DNA of 63,855 bases, filler included, from Cercozoa sp. M6MM (GCA_040357565.1; 11 parts of 11 records of this genome joined end to end with filler, not necessarily neighbours in it), one strand, 5' to 3'; positions 39,095 through 52,099 are shown, counted from the whole stretch's first letter. Notes: generated by a model from the sequence alone, not told the origin. Made by a program: numbers and translations.

Positions 39095-40739
39095 ATGCCG
39101 CCGAAGAAGAAGGGAAAGGGCAGCGCCACTGAGGAGCGCGCTCCGCTGCTGGGCCGTCCCGTAATCTCCATGTTTTTGCTTGGTGAGGAATGAATATTTT
39201 TGTGTGCGTTTTGGCAGGGCAACAACGTCAAGATCGGTGTTGTTGGTCTCCCCAACGGTAGCCTCACTCACATCCAAGATAACAGATCGTATGTGGACTT
39301 ATGTTGCATATTGTGCAGTCGGCAAGAGCACGACGTTCAACGTGCTGTCGGGCCAGGCAGTCCCGGCGGAGAACCACCCGTTCTGCACGATCGACCCGAA
39401 CACGGCCAAGGTGCTGGTGCCGGACGAGCGGTTCGAGTTCTTGTGTGAGCACTTCCAGCCCAAGGTACACCGAGTATGCATGTGTATGCACATGTCGGTA
39501 TACGTATGCTGTTGGGGTATGCTGTTGGGGTATGCTGTTGGGGCGGTGTGTATATTGATATGACACAGAGCAAGGTGCCGGCCGCCCTGACGGTGACGGA
39601 CATTGCCGGTCTGGTGAAGGGCGCGCACGAGGTGTGTGCCACTCCGGTTTTTGTCTGTGCGTGTGGTCAATTACGCGTCTGTCTGGACAGGGCGCCGGTC
39701 TGGGCAATGAGTTCCTGGCCAACATCAGTGCGACAGATGCGATCTACCACGTGGTGCGCGCCTTCAAGTCCAAGAAGGTTGAGCACGTCGAGGGCGACGT
39801 CGACCCAGTGCGCGACCTGCAGATCATCAGGTGCCTCTTGTTGTTACAACCTTCCCTGCGCGGCCCTTTCGCTCCTGTGCCTGTCGTTTGACCCTGCCTG
39901 ATGCAGTGACGAGCTGCTGTTCAAGGACATTGCGATGCTGCGCAACAAGATCCCGCTGCTCGAGCGGTACTCCTACTCTATACCTCGGCCTTCTACCCCA
40001 CCCTTTACCCCCTCCCCTGTCATTAGAGTCGTGCGAGGCAACCCGAACAACAAGCAGGCCAAGGACGAGGTCGCCATGGCGCAGGTTCTGCTGGAGCACC
40101 TTGAGGTACAGTGACAGTGACCATGTACTCCCACGTGCCAAGTGAGATATGACTGCGATGTCTGGTGACTGCAGAGTGGCAAGGACGCACGTGCCAACGC
40201 GTGGAACGCCAAGGAGATCGAGTTTATCAACACGCTGCAGTATGATACCCCCCTCTTCCCACTTGCCTCCCNNNNNNNNNNNNNNNNNNNNNNNNNNNNN
40301 NNNNNNNNNNNNNNNNNNNNNNNNNNNNNNNNNNNNNNNNNNNNNNNNNNNNNNNNNNNNNNNNNNNNNNNCAGTGTGATCCCCCCCTCTTCCCCCTCGC
40401 CCCCCCCCCCCCCCCCCCCCCGCAGGCTTCTGACGGCCAAGCCGGTGGTGTACCTCGTCAACTTGTCCAAGAAGGTACTCTTTTTACCCTTTTCATCATC
40501 TACCTTTATCATGCGCATCGACTGACGTCTACGCAGAACTGGGCCGCTGGTCGTGCGCCTCGCTGGGTCGGCGAGATCAAGCAGTGGTACTTCTTCTCCT
40601 CCTGGCTTGCCCCTCCCCTCCCCGCAATATCTGTGTGTTACAGGGTCGAGCAGCGCTCGCCGGGATCGCCGGTGATTCCGTACTGCGCCAACTACGAGAA
40701 GGTAGGCTGAGTAGTACTCCCCAGCCCTCTGGTGTACCC

Positions 40740-40776
<37 letters not shown>

Positions 40777-41412
40777 CATGTGTGTATCTATCATTGGATT
40801 GTTTATATCATGTATTGTGCGTGTGTAGATATATATATATATATATATCATGTCTTGTATATACATTATGTATTGTGTATCGATATCACGTATTGTATAT
40901 ATCATGTCTGTTGTGACAGGAGGCGCACGAGCACGAAGGTGGCGTGGCGGCCTACTGCGAGGAGATGGGCGGCGCTCCGTCGATGCTCGGCAAGATCATC
41001 TGGGCCGGCTACCGTGCCCTGCAGCTGATCAACTACTTCACCGGCTCGGCCAAGGAGGTGCGCGCCTGGACGATTCGCGAGGGCACGACGGCCAAGAAGG
41101 CGGCCGGCGTCATTCATTCCGATATCGTAGGCTTCCTGTCAATGTCCAGCTCCATGTTTGCGGCTGTTGTTGTCTAACTGTTCGTGTGCTGCAGGAGCAC
41201 GGTTTCATTGCTGCCGAAATCATGGCGTTCGACGACTTCAAGGAGCTCGGCAACGAAACCGCCGTTCGCTCGGCCGTAACTACTTCTCCGTTCCTCAATG
41301 TCCTGTGTGTTTTTCTATCTGCGTGCATGTGATTTGACAGGGCAAGCAACGCACGCAGGGCCGCGACTACATCATGAAGGACGGCGACATGGTGCTCTTC
41401 AAGCATAACTAG
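39095..41412 (+). CDS. OLA1: Obg-like ATPase 1 (YchF family), about 13 exons
   Basis: [63 protein letters not shown] end [10 protein letters not shown]. Introns 39161-39217, 39258-39318, 39465-39568, 39632-39690, 39831-39906, 39967-40026 and 40106-40174 were verified in phase. Confidence 0.97.
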
Positions 41413-42215
41413 GCTCGCTCGGCGATCGAGGTCCGCGCTCGTCGGCGCCACGTTTTCAGTTTTCGTTTGCGTTGTTTCCCGTTGCTATTTTTCGACTTGC
41501 ATCTGTTGCCGCAGCCCTCTTAGATAGCTAGCAGTGGTAAATTGAGCCAGTGATACAAAAAACTGAGGACGTATCTTGTCTGAAAGAGTTGACCCCAAGA
41601 GCCCTCTTCGCCGGACAAATCTCCTCGAGAACCGGTTTTGAGTAATTTACTCAAATTACTCTGCCCTTTTGGAGCACTAAACGCACTCTAACCTACCGAA
41701 ACGTTGCCCACAGTTAATTACCCACAGGATGCACGCCAACGGTTCAGTTGGGCGGCAAAGTACTGATGCACGGGAAGGACACCCGACAGATAGAACAAAA
41801 GAGCCCGTAGGGGACAGTATTTGACGTGGGGCGCTTCTTGAGGTTTTCGTAAGTCTTGAAGTGGATACAGTATTTTAGATCATGCTGAAACACGACCGGA
41901 TTTGTTGACAAGTCAACGGACGGGACGCGAAACCGTATTGCAGCAGCTACTGCTCAATCGACGAAGAAATCTATTCTGTAGTTTCCTGGTAACAGTCCCG
42001 GGGTGGATCACACGCACACGGCCATAGTCTCCCCGCCCGTAGCCGCAGTCTGAATAAAGAAAATTGTTGTATGTCGGCAGCACGAATGACGGACGTTCGG
42101 TTACGTTAGTGGTCAGGTGTAATCAATAATACTGCGACGCTGGTTTGACGACTGGACGCCAACGAGACTCTAAATTTACTGCATCAATCCGTGTATCAAA
42201 TCAGTCGACGCGACG

Positions 42216-44450
42216 TCAGTGCATCTCGATGCTGGCACCTTGGGAAGCAGTGGCGGTGCCATTCTCACCGGCCGCCGGAGTGATGGAGTCGTTAGCGGAT
42301 CCTTCCGATTCGTCGTCGCTGTCAGGCTTGTCTAAGTACCGCGTTCCTACTAGTACGTGTGTGTTGCAGCTTTTGTACAGAGCTTGGATACTGTAAGTTT
42401 ACCCGACTTAGCCAGGTCGTTCATGTCGATGCAGTGCGGTGCCTTGGCATTGCTGCCGGGATCGAACAGTGCGATCGACGACTGCTTGGTCACTACTGCT
42501 TTCTCACGGACCTGGAACGCCCCAAATATACAGAACGCCAAGAAACAATAAAAGTTGTCAACTCACCGAAGCGACGTAGAGGGCACCGAACTTGAGCAGT
42601 GCCATCAGCAGCGACAGCACCTGTGCGAATCGAATCAGCCCAAGACCGTATTTATAAAGTACGCCCACTGTGTGTACAGCCAGTCTGTACCGTCAGGAAC
42701 ATCGAAAGCAGCAGCGACGAGCCGTATTCATCCGTCTTGCTCAAGATGAGGGCCTTTGACATCATGCCAGTATGAATGCAAACTACAGAAATCAGAGGCA
42801 GCGTCTAACAGACTCACCTGCAAGGCAAACTGCGGCACATCCTCCAAGAATGTCGACAGTGCAAAGGATTTCCTACAGTATATTTACACCTCCTCAGCAA
42901 AACAAGACAGCTGGAGTTGTACTGCAGCTGATCGCGCACTTTTCGATCGAACTGGGCGTTCCACTGGAGCACATGCCAAGTCAGTCAGTCAGTCACTCGT
43001 AGTGGTACCGTACCAATCAGTAGAAATCACTGAGTACCTGTGGAATCACTTTGGACTCAAGCAGCAGAACGGACTGCACGTTGAAGGCGCCCAGAAGCAG
43101 CACGGGCGACGCGAATGCCGCGTGCGTTCTGTGCATTACCAAAAGAAGTAACAATCAGTCAAGCAGTCAGTCCATGAATCAGTCCATTTGGACAGACAGG
43201 TGGGCAGACAGGAGTCCAGACAAGATGAAACTCACTTGAGCCACTCGCGGAAGTCGGTGCTCAGTTGCGAGGCTCGGTACAGTTCCTGCATGGTAGAGCA
43301 GGGGGACAGTCGGATAGGAAACGCACACATACTGACACACCAAGCCAAGACGACTGTACATAAACAGTGGCGCAGCAGTTGGCAGCGACCGGCAGTAACA
43401 GGAAGGTCAACACCATGATGGCCTTCGGTCAGTCAGACAGTGGTACAGTTACGAGATTGCTTTAGAGATAAACCGAGGGAGGAAAAGCTGCACCTCGGTC
43501 GACAACTCCTCATCCACGGCAATGTCGAGGTACTGTCAGGGTAGGCAGGCAGGGATAAAGGTGAGGGGAGGGGTAAGACATGGAGAGACAACACACGAAG
43601 CAGATGTCGGTGAACACGTCGGCGAACTGCATGATGGCAGCCGACCTGCGTACATTTAAATCAAACCGTAGCCTTAACCATGCCAAACAAAAGTGGCTAC
43701 AGTTGCAGAGGCGGCACACGCTGCGTAGCCACCATGCCACTCTCCGAGGTAGCCCACTGCAGATCCCATACCATACCAACCACACCCTTAACCAATCCCA
43801 CCAAAGCTAAAGAAGCAGGCACCACAGGCACCCAGGCAGGCACTCGCGCACGTCGAATCTGTTGTCCATACACACACACTTGCTAGCCTTCCTCTTAAAA
43901 ACCCTTCCTTCCTATTAAACCCTTCCCCCTTAAACCCCCTGACCATAGCCCATTTGCCCCTACCATGGAAAGGACAAAGGCGAGCACGGCGAGAGCGACG
44001 ATAGCGGCCAGCACGCCATGTTTCACACCGTCCGACAGGGCCAGTTTGGACACGCACTGACCGAACGTGTCCGCGTCTGTCCGCGTGTCCAGTCGATACC
44101 AGCCCTTGTCCTCGCAGGTGCCCTGTCCATTCCGATCGGATATGCGGGACTGTCCAAAGTGGACCGTCCAAGACAGTGTACCATGGACACGGCCAGTTGC
44201 TGAGTCGGCTGCGCCGAGAAGTCGCCGTCCTCGCTGCGAATTCTCACGGAGAGACTGACGGTGTCACCGACACCGACGCCGACATCATCGGTGCTACACA
44301 CACACACAGTCACCAGTGGACACATGCTCACTGACACGTGCTCACTGACACGTGCTCACTGACGCGTGCTCACTGACACGTGTCGCATGCTTTGATCTAC
44401 CTGTTGGCTACGACAGCAACAGTGACACCGGCGTAGCCATTCTGCACATG
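42216..44450 (-). CDS. Multi-pass membrane protein with EDxPQ transmembrane module, 5'-truncated
   Basis: Spliced exons: QFADVFTDICFV; AIMVLTFLLLPV; TDFREWLKTHAAFASPVLLLGAFNVQSVLLLES; FLEDVPQFALQ|ALIL...LLLSMFLT|VLSLLMALLKF; acidic tail ending IEMH*. Confidence 0.7.
44323..44381. repeat. 14-bp minisatellite (ACGTGCTCACTGAC) about 4 copies, intronic
   Basis: Direct tandem copies are visible. Confidence 0.9.
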
Positions 44451-44457
44451 GTACACC

Positions 44458-44600
<143 letters not shown>

Positions 44601-44700
44601 NNNNNNNNNNNNNNNNNNNNNNNNNNNNNNNNNNNNNNNNNNNNTTAATTAATTAANNNNNNNNNNNNNNNNNNNNNNNNNNNNNNNNNNNNNNNNNNNN

Positions 44701-45109
44701 GGAGACGCCGGAGTGCGTGCTGAACAGACTGCACGGCGAGGTTTTTAACGAGATCCGCAGTTCCCTGCGGCTCGGTGAGGCCTGGCTTCAGCAGCACCGC
44801 GACGCTTTTGTGCTCTCGGACGAGTTCCTGCCTGCCAGTGTCTGCGAAGACGTCAGACACCTTATCTGGACCTTTGCTGGCGATGATCTCTTTGCCGTGG
44901 AGCACCTCTATCTCATGGTAAAACACTACTCTATGACCTTACCTCAGTTGATTTCGTCGACAGTACGGTGCTATTGCTTTGCTTGCATGGAACAGCGTCC
45001 CCTGCATCAGAAGCGCAACGTCGCATGGCAGACAGTGTGTCACATGGCGCCCCAGGAACTCGCACTCGTTCGGAGTGCACGCATTGGCTTTGCGAACTGG
45101 GAGTCTTAG
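44701..45109 (+). CDS. 3' fragment of a hypothetical protein
   Basis: Open protein-like frame from the contig start (LNRLHGEVFNEIRSSLRLGEAWL...) with one probable intron. Confidence 0.4.
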
Positions 45110-45548
45110 GGAACGGTACAGTATACTCACGCGACGGTACGCTGCGAAATCGAACGACAGGACTCCGCCCGCCACATGTACCAATCTTCCTTCAAGTTAG
45201 TTGAGTCCGATAAGAAATTTAAACCAACGCAGCCATCGCCGCTTAGTTCCCCTGCACCAGACTGGGGTGGGTCACAAGAGCATGGCAAAGCTGTCCTGGG
45301 GATTTTTTAAAGAAAAACCGAGTGGGGCAGGATCCCAGGTCATGACTCGACCCCTGTTTCACGGGGCTGAGCTTGATCCGACAATTGAATCAGTTGCACG
45401 CAACGTGCGTGTTCGCGTAACCAACATAAGAAACAAAAAAGTGAGGAAAAACGCGCGCGTCCCGTTCAGCGAGCGGCGAAGTGTGAAGGGACGCAAACTG
45501 AAGCTGAATAGATCGGTCGGTCAAGTCGCTCGGTGTGGCAGAAAGCGC

Positions 45549-48369
45549 CTACTCAGGCTGCGATTTCTCCTCGTCGACGAGCTTCTTGGCGACGCCGGCG
45601 CCCATGATGCTGTCGACACATGTGTTGTCGGCGGCCGCGGCGCCGAAGACCTTGTCCAGCAGCTCGGCGGCCAGCATCTCGGCGGCATCGGCCTCGCTGA
45701 CGGCGACGCCCGTCTCAACGAGCTGTGCAAAAAATAAAGATATACATACACATATACATACGTGTATATATGCATAAAGACATTTAGATATATCCACCTC
45801 GGTGAAGAGCTCGGCCAGCTCGGCGTCCTCGAGCACGGCCTCCTTGACGGCAGCGACAGAAAGCTCGCGCTTGTACTCGTTGAAGAGGTCCTTGTCGGAC
45901 ATGATGGCCACCTGCACGGCGTCGTCGACCTGCTCGGCCGGCAGCAGGCCCTTCTCGACGGCGTCGTCGAAGAGGTGCTCCACGACCTCGTGCAGCGTCG
46001 GCACCATGTGCGGCGTGGCCACGATGTCGCTCTTGGAGGCCTTCTCGAAGAGCGAGAAGCCTTCCTTCTCGTGCAGCATGCGCTCGCAGTCGAGCAGCGC
46101 CTGTTGCGTCTCGAAGAAGAGGTTCGTGCCGGTCGGGTGCTTGAACTTCGTGAGCTTGAGCTGCTCCTCCACCTTGCCAAGCGCCTTGCGGACCGCCTGC
46201 TGGATCTTGAGCTGCGACCACTCCGCCTCCATGCCCGGCTCCGGGAGCTGCTTGCCCGGCGACTCGCTGTATCATGAGCACACACATCCACACACATATA
46301 CCCCGTACTACCCACCTGCATAACAACAGCACTGTCTCCTGGTACCTCTCCACGACGCCCTCGGGATCGTCGCGGCTGAGCCACTGCGCCGACTGGCCTG
46401 TGAGGGCCGGCGCAATGTCGACCTCGTGCACGTCCTCGAGCGACACGTTCTCGAAGTCCTTGACGGCCAGCGTCAGCGGGTCGATCGTCTTGACACCACG
46501 CAGACCCTGGTCGGACAGCTGCTCGAAGGTCTCCTTCACGGCCTGGTAGAACTCCTCGCAGTCCCAGTCGCCGGCACGGGCACGCGCCGTCTGCACACGT
46601 ACACAAGAAACAAGGTTAAGGCAGCACATGTATAGATATGTGTGTATATATTGGAGATAGGCAGGTAGGTCAGGCAGGTACCTCGAGCTTGGCGGCGAAC
46701 TCGGCCGAGCGATCACGAGCGGCGATCATGTCGGGCGCGCCGACCCAGTGGCGACGCGTCTGCTCGAGGATCGAGAGCTGGAAGCCCGGCACGCTCTGCA
46801 GCTTGCGCTCCAGGATGTGCTCATCGTGCAGCTCAAGCGACGAGCCGAAGAAGTAGGTCTCACCGTCGGCAGCCGGAGTGACCTGAGAGCGTCCATGTTA
46901 TAAGGAAGACAGGAGGGGAAAAAGTAGAGGACGCATGCACCTTCATCTCGAGACCACCGCCGAGCATGCTGCTCTTGACAAAGCGCACGAACACGTAGGG
47001 TCGGTGCGGCAGCGCGAGCTTCTTCGTCAGCGCGTTGCGCAGCAGATCCTGCGCCTGCGGCGACAGGTCGTGCGCCGTGCTCACCTACCGAGTACGTACA
47101 GAGTGTAAACACACACACACACACACACACACAGGCAGGGCAGCAACAGAGAAGGGAAGGGCAGACAGGGCGGTGTTGTACCTCAACGTTGGTGCACTCG
47201 AGGTTGAGCGAGTTGAGGTAGCGGAACATGGCGATGAGGTCCCAGAAGTTGTCGAGCAGCTCGTACTTGTTCATCCAGCGCAGCGCCGAGATCGTGCACT
47301 CCGAGATGCCGACGTTCTCGTGACGCAGCACGTCGACGTTGTCGATCGTGATGGCGTCGCTGATGCGCAGCGGCAGCGCCTCCGACGCCGACTTGAGCGG
47401 CGGCTGCAGGTTGATGCGGTTCTGCAGCGTGAGCTCCGTGCCCGAGCCGCGCGCCACGTCCTCCTCGATGGCGTTGATGTCGACGTGCGTGTTGGGAACA
47501 AAGCCCACGAGCTCGTCGTAGCGCTGGAACACCTCCTCAAGCTCGTTGGCCGTGCGCAGCAGCTCGAGCGGGCCGTACGGCGACAGGAACTCCCAGAGCA
47601 TGATCACCTTGCCAAAGCCGTCGGCCAGCAGGTTGTGCCACGACACGTTGCACGCCATCGACGGCGCCTCCGGCACGTCGTTCACCATGCTCACCAAACG
47701 CTCGTCCTGGTCCCACTCGTACTGCGTCTTCCACATCTCCGAGTTCTTGGCGCGCGCCGCCTCCATCTCCGGCGTCACCTCCTTCAGCGCCTGTCAGCAC
47801 ACACATGGATATATATAGCAAAGGGGCAGCATGCGGAGTGAGGCTCGTACCTTGTCGACGAGAATATCGCGCAGGTCGTCGAACACGGTGTCCTCGCGCT
47901 TGCCGAACTTCTCAAAGAGCGGCATGGCTTCGTCCTCGAGGCGGAACTTGGCGGCCTCGAAGGGCGTGCCCTTGTCGTCCGTGACCATCGTGTTCCAGTT
48001 GCGCGGGTTCTGCGCCTCGCCACGCACCTGCTTGTCCTCGTGGAAGACGCTCCACTGCCAGCGCGGCACGAGCGACGTCGTGTCCGACTTGACGTAGCGC
48101 TGCGTGAAGGGCAGCGCGTGCACGCCAGCGGCCGCCAGCAGCGAGGCCGCGCGCTCCTGGTCGTGCTGCGTGTTCAGGTAGAGCACATGGCCCACCTTCC
48201 AGCGCTGCGAGAACTCGTGCTCCATGGCACGCATGCTCTCGAGACCGGGCAGGTGCACCATGAGCTCCTGCTCGTGCACCTGCGTCGTGTTCATCGTGTA
48301 CAGCGACCACGCCGTCGCCATGCCGCGCTTCTGCGCTCCTGCGGCGCGCGCCGTCTTCGCGCTCAGCAT
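45549..48369 (-). CDS. ~796-aa mitochondrial protein containing an ATP synthase OSCP/delta-like domain with long extensions
   Basis: Exons 48369-47851, 47790-47182, 47084-46941, 46882-46682, 46590-46316, 46266-45798 and 45722-45549 total 2391 nt, all GT-AG and in phase. Presequence MLSAKTARAAGAQKRGMA. OSCP-like core ISECTISALRWMNKYELLDNFWDLIAMFRYL...VEVSTAHDLSPQAQDLLRNALTKKL...KSSMLGGGLEMKV. The gene model is strong and the product call moderate. Confidence 0.72.
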
Positions 48370-48861
48370 TTTCTGCACAGACACACCGCATACACTGAGC
48401 AGTGCAAACCAAACTCCAACGACAAACTAAAACAAACAGCAGCAGCTTTTTTGGTGGTGAACAACATATTGGAACAACAAAAGCAAAAGCCACGAAACCA
48501 ATCGCAACAACAAAGCAAAGTGCAAGATGCTGTGCCAGAGTATCTGCAGCACACGCTGGCTGTACACGTGTTTATTGCACGCGGGTTGCCGTGACATGAG
48601 CAGGGCAACCCGCCGAGCACAGCACATCACAAACACCCAAGCGACACGTCTGCGCACCGAGTTAGGCTGCAGGTACCTGGCAGAAAGTCGCACCACAACG
48701 CTGAAAACACCGGGTGGCGAGTCTGCTCGATTACAGTGCTGTCGACTGTCCTTGCAAACGTTTGGTCCAGGGTGGACCAAACTTTTTATTTTACTCTCCG
48801 GCGCTCGTTTTAGCTTCGAGCTGGACGAATAACTTGATTTGACAGGTTTGCAGTGTGTACA

Positions 48862-49746
48862 ATGACGGGCAAGCCAAATTATCGAGCTGTAGCGCAGGAC
48901 GATGATCCTGTTGGCCTCGATGCCAGGCTACCCGAGCCAGCAACGCGATTTTCCACAGGCAGGTTTATCCTCAGTTCTTGTCTTGTACCCAGCCAATTGT
49001 GTGCAGGTGACAAGGTGAAGACGTACCTACACTCAGTGTTTTGGGTGGCACTGGCTGTGCTGCTGCTGTGGCGATCGAAACTCTTCCAAGTCGTCAGCAA
49101 TGGCGACGAACGACTGCGCTGGCCATTTTTGGTGCCGATGTTTTTTCCAGTTCAAGTGAACTTTTGACGCTTTCCGATTGTTCCTGTCCTCAGGTGTGCG
49201 GCATGGCTTCGACGCTGACTGTGATCGGCATCTTTACCTACCTGACTGTACGTGTGCTTTGTGGGAAAGAGCACTGTGATAGGAAGTATGTGTGAGTGTG
49301 CTTTGTGCAGGTGTGGCTCCCAATGGTGAAGAAGCAGTACCGCCGCGATTTCAACGAGTTCAAACCGAAACACATTCAAGTGGCTACAGGTACCACAGAT
49401 CACACTCAGTTTCTGTTGTGACAGGCTTGGGTTGATCATGCGTGTTTGTTGGTGCTGCAGCCCTCATGGTGGCGCAGTTCTTCCTCTACTGCATTGCACT
49501 GTGGCCTGTCTATGGCTTCGCTTCGCCAGTCCTTGTTGGTACCAACACGCACCGTGCTTTTTTGCCTCTGTCATGTATGCGCTGCAGGTGTCACGGGCAT
49601 GGGTGCTCTCTTCTCGGTACAGCCTGCTTCCCTCTGTGTGTACATGGCTGTGTTTTGTTTGTCTGTGTGGATTGTGGATCCCTCGATTGCTGCAGTTAAA
49701 TCTGCTGCCGTCTTGCCCGGGTGGTTCGAAGCAGCAAGCCGAGTGA
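48862..49746 (+). CDS. TMEM128: TMEM128-family four-TM protein
   Basis: HSVFWVALAVLL...IGIFTYLTVWLP...IQVATALMVAQFFLYCIALWPVYGFASPVLVGVTGMG matches the TMEM128 pattern (HSxFW; IALWxVxxFxxP; xxMG). Confidence 0.8.
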
Positions 49747-50264
49747 GTTTACTCAACACTCGACGTGAAGAAACAAACGAAAAAAAACTGATCGAAATCA
49801 ACGCAACTCCGACAACTAAATTCGATTTACGTTACCAGAGGGTTTGTCCCGGATTGACCGGGCGTTTTTTTCTTTGGTCTCATAGAGGGGGGAGTACAGT
49901 CAAGAAAACATAGGAAAGCTCACAACGCCTAACGGTTGGATTTTTCAAAAACGCCCTGCCAATCCAGGGCATACCCTTTGACTTGACGAAGGCAACCTAA
50001 GGACAGCCACCACACCAATGTAGCGCAGTCCATGGGTGGCATGCGGCGCGGTGATCGATGTCAGTCCGGTCAAGTCGACGACCGGCGGAGTGACTTCAGT
50101 CAGTCAACTAGCAAGAAGAGTAACTGAAGACCGGCAGTTTTTGTACTTTCCCAACGGTAAGAAACGCAGTCGCCGAGCACGTGCTCGAACCAGCGAGACG
50201 GTTTAATGGCATACACCTGTTAAGTCTAAACTCTCGTAGCGTAGATTTTGAGAGACACGGCAGA

Positions 50265-52099
50265 ATGCTCAGTGACGCCGAATCGTGCCCCGGCCTCACC
50301 TCGGTCGAAAGCGATCAGGTACAAAAACACACTGCTGGTGTTGTTAATGATGTCTGTGCTTGACGACAGTTTCAGACAGAAGAAGATCTGTACACGAGCA
50401 CATTGACGTCTGGCTCGCCCACACGCAGCACGATCGGCACCGAAGTCACCTCCGACACTGACGACGACCGCAGCGGCAGCAGCGACAGGCACGACGAAGG
50501 CGAAGCCGTCGTCACCGACATTTACGATCGCAATACGCGCGAGATAATGAACGAGTTGGCTCAGTGCGTTTTCCATGATCGTTCGCAGCATGCTGACGTA
50601 TGAATGCTTGTCTGCTTGTGCAGCGATCCTCCGACTAACGAGCAGGTGCAGCAGATGGAAGCCTTGGCCAAGTTTGCCAACTATGCCGAGTACACTGTGG
50701 GCCAGCTGCATGAGACCGACCTGCGTTTTTTACGGGACACTGATCTCGTACTGCAACTCATGAGCACTGGTATCCTGGAATGCACGTCTTTTCTTACATT
50801 TATACGCCTTCCTACTTTTTACATACATACATGCATACATGCATCTACATACTTAACATACGTACACACACATTAATACATACATGCGTGCATCCACATG
50901 TAAGTTTATTTTACATAACCTACATAAATCTATAGGGTGCGGTGCTACCAGTGCAAAACCTCCCCTCACCGAGCAAGAGTTCGACCGACTGCGAACGCGC
51001 TATGTGCTGTTCCTCAAGGTAAAGTTACTAAAGCTTCTTGGCCATGAAAAAAAACAGTACTCGAATCAGGTGAAAGGAGGAGCGCTGGACCGACCGCGAA
51101 CACCGATACCCTCGCGGACAGAAAGGTTTTCTTGAGCATGAGTAGATGCTAGTGTACCAGTATTTTTCGTGCATAGACCGCTGCTGCGCGCGCTGTACGA
51201 GCGACGAGAAGCACTTCGCCGCAACCACATGTTCAGCATTGTCTTTGTTCGCACAATTGTCCGCGTGCGACGAGACAAGACCAAAGAGGTTAGTCAACGT
51301 CTTTTCTCAACCATTCTGCCTCTGTTACTACCCCTCTTTCACCTGGCTGTAGGTGGTCGAACGCGAGGTGAGTGGCTTCATCGACGTTGAGCAACGACTG
51401 CGAGAGAATGAAAAGGACTTCTGGCAGAAGGCTGCAAGGTACTTGGAGAAGACTGCAGTGTTGTACCACCCAGTCTGTGCCTGTAGTTGCTTCGTTCCTC
51501 GCAAGAGCGACCTGTCCTGGTTTGCGTGGCAGTTTTCCTCGGCATCGACAGTGCTCAGCAACGACTCGGACAACTTCGAAGTTGTGACGCTCGAACACCC
51601 TCGTCGCGGCGATGCTGGTACACCACCGTATACCGTTGGCGCGCTTAACTTGTTCACTTTGATGTAGTGCTTCTGCAACCTACTGAATCCCGCCGCACGC
51701 CTGCCCGTGTCGCCAGCAAGCTCGTCAATCAAGTGAACGTCTGCATGTCGCGACGCCGTACCATTGGCGCGGCTGTCAAGAAGATTGCTCAGCCTGGCGG
51801 CACTGGTAGCAACAGCGACAGCAAGGACAAGTCACTCGATTCATTCGCTCAGTGCGTGGCGAGTGAACTTGCGCCGTCCATCGCTTTCAAGAGTCGACGC
51901 GATCGGCGTCTTGTCCATCCTTGTACAATTTGTTTGAATCCTCGAGCTGCACCTTTTGGGGGTTTTTAAACGTATCGACGAGCCTGAGCGTATGCTTCTT
52001 CCAGGTATTCGTACACCGCACACTGCACGCAGTGACATCGACTCACCGCTCTACAAACAAGCCTTCATCCTCGACTTCTTTCCAAACCGGTACCATTAA
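50265..52099 (+). CDS. CFAP299: Cilia- and flagella-associated protein 299 (DUF4464) with acidic N-terminal extension
   Basis: FANYAEY...DLRFLRDTDLVLQLMSTG; LRALYERE...SIVFVR; EVSGFIDVEQRL; PRKSDLSWFAW; SNDSDNFEV; RSDIDSPLYKQAFILD. Confidence 0.85.
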
